A stretch of 64,000 bases of DNA from the IMG/VR virus record IMGVR_UViG_3300045988_080644. One strand, written 5' to 3'. Under the pieces are notes generated by a model. That model saw nothing but the letters and a program-made list of their open reading frames with translations, searched no databases and had not been told where the DNA came from. A program made the translations under genes and the position numbers. The first letter of the stretch is position 1. Each line of letters starts with the position of its first letter. Origin of the DNA: a virus. Positions 39,797 to 47,888 of the stretch are shown piece after piece.

Positions 39797-40144
39797 TTAA
39801 CTTTTAAAATGTTTAACTATTTTATCTAGAGCTTTATCATACTCTTCTTTAGTACATTTCTTATAATATGTCTCTTCAAAAGATCTCCAATAATAAGTTT
39901 CCTTTGTAAGACTTAGTAAATCTGTAGTATCTAATTCATACACATGTATATTGTCACCTTTAATATCATAGACTTTACAGAATAAACCAAGGTTATTAGT
40001 ATAATATCCTTTTTTAATATTTTTTAATTCTAGTATATCTCTTAATTCATTAATTTTACACTCTAAAACTGTAACGTCCTTCTTTAATAGGTCTCGTTGC
40101 TTTTGCAATTCTTTAATTTTATTAAAAAATTCTTGTTCATTCAT
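39797..40144 (-). CDS. hypothetical protein (coiled-coil N-terminus family)
   Basis: Start set at ATG 40144 (MNEQEFFNK). Confidence 0.55.
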   Translation of the reverse strand: MNEQEFFNKIKELQKQRDLLKKDVTVLECKINELRDILELKNIKKGYYTNNLGLFCKVYDIKGDNIHVYELDTTDLLSLTKETYYWRSFEETYYKKCTKEEYDKALDKIVKHFKS

Positions 40145-40541
40145 AATTAATTTTGTTAATGTGTTAAACGTAAAAAGGAGCATACTAACTAATTAGCTAA
40201 TATACTCCTGTGAAACCTGGCATTTCAGTCCATCAAAGACTTTGGAGAAGTAATACGAATTGAACGTACTTCAGCTACTTAGATAATAATCATGTTTCGC
40301 CTTATCACCTGTCCTACATACTCCGGATTATGTAGGTAACTTCTCTTTTCTCTAATTAGGTACATAATTTCCTAACTAGGTACAACAACTGAAACTTCGC
40401 AGTGGGGACTTACGAATTAAACGTACTTCGAAACTTTCGTTCACAATTCCTGGGGGTTACTAGAATTACCCATTCATTGTTTCCGTTTCTTATCAATCTG
40501 CCCTATAATATTCGCGACTATATAGGTATCCCCCAAATTGG

Positions 40542-40937
40542 TTATTCTTCTAATAATCCTAAATATTTAATATCAGTACTAACTACTTCTCTATATGCAT
40601 AGTTGATATATACAGTAGCACCTACTGGAATTTCAAATATTCCTATTTCAGCACTATACATTCTACCCTTAGCTATTTCTTCAGTTAAGTATGAATGATA
40701 ACCTTCATGTATATAAAAACGATCATAATTCCAAAGTTCTCCCACACATCCCATAACAGAGCTATACCTTTCAAATTTAGGTCTTATCTTTACTGTAGGC
40801 ATAATCTGAGATTTATAGTACCTAAAATTTTGATATTGACTTATAAAGATACCTAAAGTTGCTAATTTACCTACTTTATAAACTCTTAAAGGCTTCTTCA
40901 ATACAATTGGAGTTGCCATATAATTTGACCAACACAT
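40542..40937 (-). CDS. MCW-family paralog 1
   Basis: Starts MCW; shares VYKVGK and EGYHSY motifs with 41701, 42141 and 42572. Confidence 0.65.
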   Translation of the reverse strand: MCWSNYMATPIVLKKPLRVYKVGKLATLGIFISQYQNFRYYKSQIMPTVKIRPKFERYSSVMGCVGELWNYDRFYIHEGYHSYLTEEIAKGRMYSAEIGIFEIPVGATVYINYAYREVVSTDIKYLGLLEE

Positions 40938-40947
40938 ACCTTAATTA

Positions 40948-41274
40948 TTAAATTGTTTTCTGCCATTTAAGAAATAAATTAAGTAGAGGAGAATAATCTT
41001 CTTCTCTAAAAGTTCTGTTTCTAGCTAAACAGATGACTCTTTGAAATGTTAAAACATCCCTTTTTAAATGCCATAACTTATTAAACTTATCTTTAGTTAA
41101 TTTATAGTGACCCTCATTCTCTATCCATTTGCGAGGTTCATCACAAGCATCAACTTGTATAGGATAAGTCAATACCATATCACCATTAAGTATATCAAAT
41201 TCAATATATTCACAGTCATCTGGTATTTTAACTAACTTACCTTTACCATTATAATCATATATACGTATAATCAT
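40948..41274 (-). CDS. hypothetical protein
   Basis: ORF track. Confidence 0.55.
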   Translation of the reverse strand: MIIRIYDYNGKGKLVKIPDDCEYIEFDILNGDMVLTYPIQVDACDEPRKWIENEGHYKLTKDKFNKLWHLKRDVLTFQRVICLARNRTFREEDYSPLLNLFLKWQKTI

Positions 41275-41489
41275 TATTTAAATAATTCTATAATTGGATA
41301 ATAAATAATTGTATTATACTTAGCTATATTTAGTGCCCAAAGAACAGCCCAAATCATAGCAAAGACTCCTAATCCTACAGCGAAATATCCTGCTTTATAT
41401 ATAGTTCGAGTTTCATTTAATAGTTTTACTCTAAGTATTATATATAATACAATCATAACTATCCCTAACAATACTTTAAGTATAATCAT
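41274..41489 (-). CDS. small membrane protein
   Basis: Two TM helices. Confidence 0.55.
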   Translation of the reverse strand: MIILKVLLGIVMIVLYIILRVKLLNETRTIYKAGYFAVGLGVFAMIWAVLWALNIAKYNTIIYYPIIELFK

Positions 41490-41704
41490 TTGTATGTATT
41501 TGCATCTAAATCAACAGCCGCCATACCTACTCTCCGCCTACTATAGATAACTATCTTATGAGGGCGTTTCTTAGAATCATACATTATTTCTAATGTTTTA
41601 TACTCATAAGCTGGTGCTTTAGAGCCACTTCTAGTAGGATAGTTATAACTATTAACTATTGTAACAGTTAATAATAATCCTATAATTAATAATACTTTTT
41701 TCAT
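41486..41704 (-). CDS. small secreted protein
   Basis: Signal peptide MKKVLLIIGLLLTVTIVNS. Confidence 0.55.
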   Translation of the reverse strand: MKKVLLIIGLLLTVTIVNSYNYPTRSGSKAPAYEYKTLEIMYDSKKRPHKIVIYSRRRVGMAAVDLDANTYK

Positions 41705-42138
41705 AATTTTATATATTTACCTGTATATCTAATATAATTAGATATTATTGTACCCATCTCATTTATAAAAAATACAGAGTTTTTAGGAATTACAAAGGTG
41801 GCTAAATAAAATGGATTATCTATACTAAGTACTTTTTCACTATCCCCGCATTGTACAGTTTTAGATAAAGTTCCACCAACACCTGGTGCTATTGAATCAC
41901 ATACAAAATTTACAGACGAATAACTATAATAACCTTCTTTAATTTCTGCAAAAGAATAACTCGATCCAACTCTTACTTCTAAAATTCGAGAAGGATGTAT
42001 ACTATTTTTATAATAAGTATATCCTATAAATAAAGATACACAAGATTCTTTATCAGCTTTTCTAACTACTTTATATACATTAATATCTTCTTTAGCTATT
42101 TGAGCTTTTAAATTTTCAATACAACAAGTCCAACACAT
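41701..42138 (-). CDS. MCW-family paralog 2
   Basis: MCW start; VYKVVRK; EGYYSY; C-terminal ATFVIPKNS...IISNYIRYTGKY. Confidence 0.65.
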   Translation of the reverse strand: MCWTCCIENLKAQIAKEDINVYKVVRKADKESCVSLFIGYTYYKNSIHPSRILEVRVGSSYSFAEIKEGYYSYSSVNFVCDSIAPGVGGTLSKTVQCGDSEKVLSIDNPFYLATFVIPKNSVFFINEMGTIISNYIRYTGKYIKL

Positions 42139-42140
42139 AA

Positions 42141-42569
42141 CTACTCTTCAGAATTACCTATTCTTACGTACTTACCAGTATAAATTATATTAGAAGAAAC
42201 TATTTCTCCTCCACCATTCTCGTAATATTCAGAACCTTTAGGTATAATAAATGTCGCAATAGAATAAATATTATTTAATCTAATATCTTCTGCAATCTTA
42301 CCTAAATAAATTGTTCTATAATATGAGCGCAAATCAGAGTAAGGCATAGCTATATCTTTATAAGAATGATACCCTTCATAAATTACATAAGAGGATTCAT
42401 CTTTAAAGAATTGAATAGGATTTAGTTCAACTTTTTTATTTATTTCTTTTGGTTCATAAATAAAGTTTTGATACAAACTCTTAAAACCTTTATCAGATGC
42501 ACGACCTATTTTATAAACATAAAAATCTCGTTTAGCTATTTTTACATCGCACCTACCTACCCAACACAT
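42141..42569 (-). CDS. MCW-family paralog 3
   Basis: MCW start; VYKIGR; EGYHSY; ATFIIPKGSEYYENGGGEIVSSNIIYTGKY. Confidence 0.65.
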   Translation of the reverse strand: MCWVGRCDVKIAKRDFYVYKIGRASDKGFKSLYQNFIYEPKEINKKVELNPIQFFKDESSYVIYEGYHSYKDIAMPYSDLRSYYRTIYLGKIAEDIRLNNIYSIATFIIPKGSEYYENGGGEIVSSNIIYTGKYVRIGNSEE

Positions 42570-42571
42570 AA

Positions 42572-43009
42572 TTATTTGCTAAAATTACTTATTCTTAAAT
42601 ATTTGCCTGTATAAATAATCTCAGAAGATACTATATGTCCATACTTATTTTCAAAGTATTCAGCACCTTCGGGAACTATAAAGGTAGCTATACAACAACC
42701 TTTATATAGTGATATATTCTCTTTTAAAGCAGAATTGTAATTACCTAAACATAAACATCTTTCGTTTGGATAGGTATCCTCTAGGGCTATCCATTTATAA
42801 GAGTGATAACCTCTGTCTATTATATAACTATTTACACAAAGATTATAAGGCACTAAAGGAACTATTCTATTAGGACATTTAGGAGCATAGTTATACCCCC
42901 TAATATCACTAATAAAAATATTATTCCATACAATCTTCCCTATTTTATAGACATAGAAATCTCTTTCAGCTACCTTTTTAATAACTGTATCATTGCTCCT
43001 CCAACACAT
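42572..43009 (-). CDS. MCW-family paralog 4
   Basis: MCW start; VYKIGK; RGYHSY; ATFIVPEGAEYFENKYGHIVSSEIIYTGKY. Confidence 0.65.
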   Translation of the reverse strand: MCWRSNDTVIKKVAERDFYVYKIGKIVWNNIFISDIRGYNYAPKCPNRIVPLVPYNLCVNSYIIDRGYHSYKWIALEDTYPNERCLCLGNYNSALKENISLYKGCCIATFIVPEGAEYFENKYGHIVSSEIIYTGKYLRISNFSK

Positions 43010-43038
43010 AATTATTTAACTAATTTATAGTCACCAAT

Positions 43039-43230
43039 TTAAAATCCTGCTTCTGTAGAATCTAAAGACCAAACTTCAGGAAATACTGTGAGACCATTAA
43101 ATGAATGACACTCTACTTCTATGCTGTTAGTAATTCTATCTATATTAAGAATTCTAAACCACATAGGTTTCTGACATCCTTTCCACGCTTGGGAAAAGAT
43201 GTCATTTACCTGTAACACTACTTTGTCCAT
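43039..43230 (-). CDS. hypothetical protein
   Basis: ORF track. Confidence 0.5.
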   Translation of the reverse strand: MDKVVLQVNDIFSQAWKGCQKPMWFRILNIDRITNSIEVECHSFNGLTVFPEVWSLDSTEAGF

Positions 43231-43511
43231 TCTGAATCAATATTAAGAAGTCTGAACACACCCCTAACAGTATACATAAGATGCTCATCAGGTTTCATAT
43301 TTTTCCATATCTGATAAGCTAGTTCAGCATATTCTTTCTTTTCAAATCTGAAAGTGCCGAACATTCTCTTATCAGAGCTGACATAGTAACCATGCTCATC
43401 CTTACTAATAGTGTACTCAGGCTTCTTATCAAGCTTTACACGTAATGCATTATACATTACATTTTGCTCTCCTGGACTTAGTGAATCAATAATTTTATTT
43501 ATATCCTTCAT
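43218..43511 (-). CDS. hypothetical protein
   Basis: ORF track. Confidence 0.55.
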   Translation of the reverse strand: MKDINKIIDSLSPGEQNVMYNALRVKLDKKPEYTISKDEHGYYVSSDKRMFGTFRFEKKEYAELAYQIWKNMKPDEHLMYTVRGVFRLLNIDSEWTK

Positions 43512-44157
43512 CTTTGTGCATAAACTTAGTTAAATCTAAATAATTGATAAGCTGGTAAGCATACCATTTACTTTCTCCTAAATCCTCATAATAGTACCAC
43601 TGTTTCTTAGAATTAACATAAAACATAATAATACCATTATTTACTTTTATTTTAGTAATCAGCAATTCATCTCTACCTGCCTTAGTACGAAACATATTAA
43701 AGCAAAACTGTTCTCCGCATAAATCAGATACTAAGTGTTCTTTACCATCATCAGGTATACTATTAATATGTTTGAACAATTGAGTATAGTCACTATTAAT
43801 GTTATTAATCTTTCTTTGCTGATACTCTGTTGCCCACTTAATAAATTCTTCTTTGGATATTTCCTTAGCACCTTCCAATTTCTTACTTAGCTCCTCTACA
43901 TTCCAATATTTACGGCTAAGATGCCCTGCTGTACTTACTAAAGTACAATTAAATATGAAACGCTCATGGTTAAGACGCTCTCCTCCAGTGTATAATAGAG
44001 AATACCCCTTCAATTTAAAGAATCTTCTGTATCCATCAGAACTAGGTTCTGTGGACGCCTCCTTTAAAAGTTGCAAACGATCATTATTACGTTTCAACAT
44101 TTCCTCTAATCTGAGCTTCTCAGATTCAAGAGTGTTTATTTCATTTGTAAAATCCAT
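43495..44157 (-). CDS. hypothetical protein (coiled-coil N-terminus family)
   Basis: ORF track. Confidence 0.6.
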   Translation of the reverse strand: MDFTNEINTLESEKLRLEEMLKRNNDRLQLLKEASTEPSSDGYRRFFKLKGYSLLYTGGERLNHERFIFNCTLVSTAGHLSRKYWNVEELSKKLEGAKEISKEEFIKWATEYQQRKINNINSDYTQLFKHINSIPDDGKEHLVSDLCGEQFCFNMFRTKAGRDELLITKIKVNNGIIMFYVNSKKQWYYYEDLGESKWYAYQLINYLDLTKFMHKDEGYK

Positions 44158-44180
44158 ATGTTAATGTGTTATTTGATTAA

Positions 44181-44218
44181 ACAATAAAAGAGCCTAACTA
44201 GATTAACTAATTAGACTC
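44181..44218 (-). terminator. rho-independent terminator after tRNA cluster 2
   Basis: Minus-strand 8-bp hairpin GAGTCTAA/TTAGGCTC followed by TTTTATTG. Confidence 0.55.
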
Positions 44219-44250
44219 TCCAAAATAAAATAATATGATAAAAGAAAGAG

Positions 44251-44323
44251 TGGGCTCGCCCGGGATTGAACCGAGAATAAGAGATTATGAGTCTCCCGTT
44301 TTAACCGATTGAACTACAAGCCC
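44251..44323 (-). tRNA. tRNA(CAU), elongator Met or lysidine-type Ile2
   Basis: Acceptor GGGCTTG/CGAGCCC; anticodon arm GGAGA-CTCATAA-TCTCT; T-loop TTCAATC. Confidence 0.85.
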
Positions 44324-44533
44324 GAAAATGTGCCTGAGGGTCGTTAATCCTCTCCTTTCTTAGTCAAGAGAACGTTGCAACTTGCCACTAAGACACACTG
44401 TTTTTGAGTTTTTGTAAGTCCTCCGACTTATTAAAGTTTTCGCATAATTTTGATAAGAATTCTACTTTCACAAGCAAAACTCTTTGAGCCTTATTCAATA
44501 ATTTAAAAATTATATAAAATTTAGGATAGAAAG

Positions 44534-44605
44534 GAAATGCGGACAGATTCGAACTGCCGACCTTCTACTCTACGGTAGATGCTCTAACCACTAAGCTACA
44601 CATTT
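44534..44605 (-). tRNA. tRNA-like gene with a 6-nt anticodon loop (identity undetermined)
   Basis: Canonical acceptor (AAATGTG/CGCATTT), D arm, 5-nt variable region and T arm (GGCAG-TTCGAAT-CTGTC), but the anticodon stem TCTAC/GTAGA encloses only CGTAGA. Confidence 0.5.
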
Positions 44606-44756
44606 CATTACAATTCAGTAAGAGCATTTGTTTTTATTAAACGCTTTACCTAGTTAGTTGACTATGTGCCACCACATACTGCCATATTGAATCAGACAGC
44701 CTATTCCAGGGATTAAGCATCTGGACATGCTATTATACTAGTATTGCTATATAGCC

Positions 44757-45362
44757 TTAATTCATAAAGGAGTGCTCTTTACATAATTTATATACAAAAG
44801 GCTTTCCTTTGTGTTTTTGATAATCACACATTATACATTTGGGGTTAGTACAATGCCTTGCCCCATAAAATCCATGACCAAATTCGTGTACTATTACAGC
44901 AACTAAATCATGTGTTCTATAATCACTAACTATAGATTTATTACTATTTAAAGGAGTTAATCCCATTATTCCATAGTTAGTTTGACCATGTATTTTGTAT
45001 GATATATCCTTATGAGTTAAACCTATTACATAGGATTGCTCCTTGTTAATATTAAGGTCTTTTAACAACTCATTAGCTAAGTACCTATTCCGAGGCTTAT
45101 AATAAGCTTTTTTGGGTAAGTCCTTATTAGCTAATACTTTTACATTAGTCCAATCACCTCCGTATACCTTACTTAATCCCCTTGTGATTTTAGAGGCTAG
45201 CTTTGTAGCTTCCTGTTGTGTAAAATCATCATAAGGTTGTAAATAAATATAAGCAATTGGATCTGCAGGAAAACTATCACAATCTGTAATATTTCCCTTT
45301 ATAACATTATTAGAACAAGATGTAACTAATAATATTATTAATAATCTAAATAATAGTTTCAT
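44757..45362 (-). CDS. archaemetzincin-like zinc metalloprotease lipoprotein
   Basis: Lipobox LLVTSC; HEFGHGFYGARHCTNPKCIMC...LCKEH matches the HExxHxxGxxHC...C.M...C..C pattern. Confidence 0.7.
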   Translation of the reverse strand: MKLLFRLLIILLVTSCSNNVIKGNITDCDSFPADPIAYIYLQPYDDFTQQEATKLASKITRGLSKVYGGDWTNVKVLANKDLPKKAYYKPRNRYLANELLKDLNINKEQSYVIGLTHKDISYKIHGQTNYGIMGLTPLNSNKSIVSDYRTHDLVAVIVHEFGHGFYGARHCTNPKCIMCDYQKHKGKPFVYKLCKEHSFMN

Positions 45363-45369
45363 AATCTAA

Positions 45370-46431
45370 TTAATATCCTTTATTATAATTTAAATTTAAA
45401 TCATATTTATTTGCATAATGTTTTCCCTAAACTCTTTGAGGAGCATTTCCATAATGTACTTTTAATGGATGTCCTTCTTCTCCAGATTCATATATATAAT
45501 TACCCTATCTAACAGGCAAAGAATATATAGAATCTCCTACTGCGTTATTGTTTATCATATAGTTAAGTGCATCTGTAGGTAAATTAACACAACCATAAGA
45601 TTTATTTCTAATTCCATTTTTAAAATCAGTCTATCTACTCTTAGGCATAATATGAAATAAAACGGAAGTTTTCTACTTAGTGTTTGTATTATCTCTACTT
45701 CCCTCATTCCATCTAAATGCTGGATGTCCTTCATAACTAGAAGAAGATAAAGTAAAAATACCAGCAGGTGTTACCTAGGCTTGTTTACTTCCATTATAAA
45801 AGTTTTTATCTTTCTAGTATATTGGATCAGTTTTATAATTATTCCAAAAATTATATCCATCCTAGTCATTAGATAAACCTGTCATAACATCAAATTGTGC
45901 TAAGGCTTTGTTTCCTTGCATGTGTTTTAATTGATGATTATTTCTATCTAGTATCCAATAAGGTTCAGTAACACCACTATGTATTTTATGGTCTATAATA
46001 GCCTATTCATTCTTGTTAGTAGATAATGGATAAGGTTTTGGCTCAAACTTATTAATCCAATTAGTTAAACTAGTAAACATATCGGTATCTTTGTTAGTCT
46101 ACTAATTCTTTTTTAACTAATAATCATGCCATGCCTATTTACTTTTTACACCCCAATCTCCATCTACTGCAATATTATAACCAGCTTTAACTAGTTCCTA
46201 CTGCTATTGACGAACTTTGTTAGGGTCATACATAGCACCATATTTAGCTCTTAATCTAGCATCATAATTATTTTGCTGTTTTCTTCTAGTCTAGAGCTAT
46301 TTAGAACCCTATGTAGCTCTCTGATTCATCTATTTTACCTTTTTTAATCCAGAATTAGTAAAATCCTTCATTTTCTATCTTTGTACTCCAATAATGTTTC
46401 CAAGATAACTATTTTCAAAATTTCCTGTCAT
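45370..46431 (-). CDS. peptidoglycan-binding plus YkuD (L,D-transpeptidase-fold) protein, TAG-recoded
   Basis: Checked codon by codon: 353 sense codons from ATG 46431 to TAA 45370, with 19 in-frame TAG and no TAA or TGA. PG_binding_1-like LVKAGYNIAVDGDWGVKSK(TAG)AWHDY(TAG); YkuD catalytic FHIMP...SYGCVNLP. Confidence 0.85.
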
Positions 46432-46627
46432 AAATATTAATATTTAAGTTATTATTTTTAATTGATTAATCACTTATTTATTATATGTCTATGGCATAGA
46501 AATTACCAATAAATTAAAACTCATACTACTTTCGCAAGCAGTATGAGTTAATGTGTAAGTCATTTTATTGACTTATCAACTCAACTACAAGAAATTCATC
46601 AATTTTCACAAATTAATAATTAATATG

Positions 46628-46678
46628 TCGCTTAGACGGGATTCGAACCCGTAAGACCATTCCTGGTCAAGGGATTTT
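46628..46678 (-). tRNA. tRNA-Leu(UAA), 3' exon
   Basis: AAAA-TCCCT (rest of the anticodon loop plus 3' stem), long variable arm TGACCAGGAATGGTC, T arm ACGGG-TTCGAAT-CCCGT, acceptor CTAAGCG, A73. Confidence 0.75.
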
Positions 46679-47265
46679 CTTACTACACTTGCTTTTATAC
46701 AAGCTAACTTAAATAAAGGGATTCGAACCCTTAATCCTCAAGAGATATTTAATGACGACTTTAGAGGAGATTCCGTCAATCTGCTGCCGTATACCAATTC
46801 CGCCATATTTAAGTTATTGTAGTCTGGACTATTTTATTACCTTATCAATTAACTTCGAAGTAAGGAATTAGGTTTTACCTCTCTCAATGAGCGTCTCCTT
46901 TTTTACATAATGCATTACTATTATAACCTTATTACTAAGGATGAAGTCTAAACCATTCCTTTTAATTAACTTAGGTATCTCCTCTATAGTCTCTACACAT
47001 TTATGCTGTAACACTCCAATTTACATTTAAGATAGATTAGCGTTCTATCACAATTTAGCTCGTCACCACCAAAACCTATGTCACCATAAGTGAGGCTTCT
47101 GTCGCAAGTTAATTAGATTTCTGAATACTGCTTCTATAATCATTACTCTGCTTCTTACACAGATGCTAACCTTTTTACAATTAGTAATTAACTTGTTTAA
47201 TTAGGGAGATTCTACTTCTATTATTTCTAATAGAGCACTCAAATTCACCATTACTGGTGTTCCAA
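46679..47265 (-). mobile_element. putative group I intron in the tRNA-Leu(UAA) anticodon loop
   Basis: Inserted between U34 and A35. The 5' exon ends in U and the intron ends in G. A candidate IGS GAGT lies about 30 nt in and pairs with exon ACTT. Multiple helices and no ORF. Confidence 0.6.
46708..46812 (-). ncRNA. tRNA-like element nested in the tRNA-Leu intron
   Basis: 7-bp acceptor TTAAATA/TATTTAA, Leu-type D region TGGCGGAATTGGTATAC, perfect T arm AAGGG-TTCGAAT-CCCTT, but no canonical anticodon arm; 105 nt. Confidence 0.45.
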
Positions 47266-47300
47266 AAGTCCCTCGTGTATCCCAGTTTCACCACTAAGCG
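47266..47300 (-). tRNA. tRNA-Leu(UAA), 5' exon
   Basis: CGCTTAG (pairs with CTAAGCG at 46629-46635), D arm GTG-AAACTGGGATA-CAC, anticodon stem AGGGA plus CTT. Confidence 0.75.
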
Positions 47301-47515
47301 ATAAAGCAACTAATTATCTGCTAGTTGCCAACAATATTTGGGAAAAAACCAACATGTAATTTATGGGGGTTGGTATTCTTATTTTTCAAACAAATTAAAT
47401 ACGTTCAACATCATAGTCATATCCAATACCAATGTTTTCTAATAACCAAGATGGATCATCCAATACATAATCATCCGGAACTTCTACTGTTACTTTTAAT
47501 ACTATTTTCTTCATA

Positions 47516-47875
47516 TTATAATTGTTCTAAAATATTCTTCGCAATATATAAGGATACTTCTCTAGTAGTATGCTCAGAATCATTAAGTACTAGAAGATAT
47601 TTATCTTTATCATCAGTTTTCTTAGTTAATTCAAGTAAATACTTTTTATTAATTAATAAACCTTTAGTTACTACTATATATTCTATACACAATTTCTTAA
47701 TAACAGCAGTTAAAGAGCAACCAATAATAAATTTTCTGCAATCTTTAGTTACTATTAGGACATATTTATTCAGTGCCTCTAAACTAACTATATCTTCTAT
47801 ATTTATTTGTCGGTACTCAATGCCTTTAAATACAAGAAATGTGTCAGAATCAATTTGTATTGTTTTTATTTCCAT
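47516..47875 (-). CDS. LytTR-type DNA-binding domain protein
   Basis: 119 aa. The pattern I.IEDIVSLEALNKYVLIVTKD...SLTAVIKKL...FIVVTKGLLINKKYL resembles the LytTR fold signature. The overlapping plus-strand ORF 47325..47888 is rejected. Confidence 0.5.
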   Translation of the reverse strand: MEIKTIQIDSDTFLVFKGIEYRQINIEDIVSLEALNKYVLIVTKDCRKFIIGCSLTAVIKKLCIEYIVVTKGLLINKKYLLELTKKTDDKDKYLLVLNDSEHTTREVSLYIAKNILEQL

Positions 47876-47888
47876 ATTACTAATTTAA

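Noticed and set aside
44330-44400. tRNA-like segment with a CTA triplet in a loop, a possible second suppressor
   Set aside because: An acceptor-like helix TGTGTCT/AGGCACA exists. However, the D arm cannot pair, the T loop would be 9 nt (ATTAACGAC), and the putative anticodon stem has a mismatch with A at position 33. It is most likely a decayed tRNA.
47325-47888. Plus-strand 187-aa ORF
   Set aside because: It overlaps the minus-strand LytTR-like gene almost completely. Its sequence is low-complexity and hydrophobic, typical of the antisense frame of AT-rich genes, and it runs in the wrong direction for the operon.
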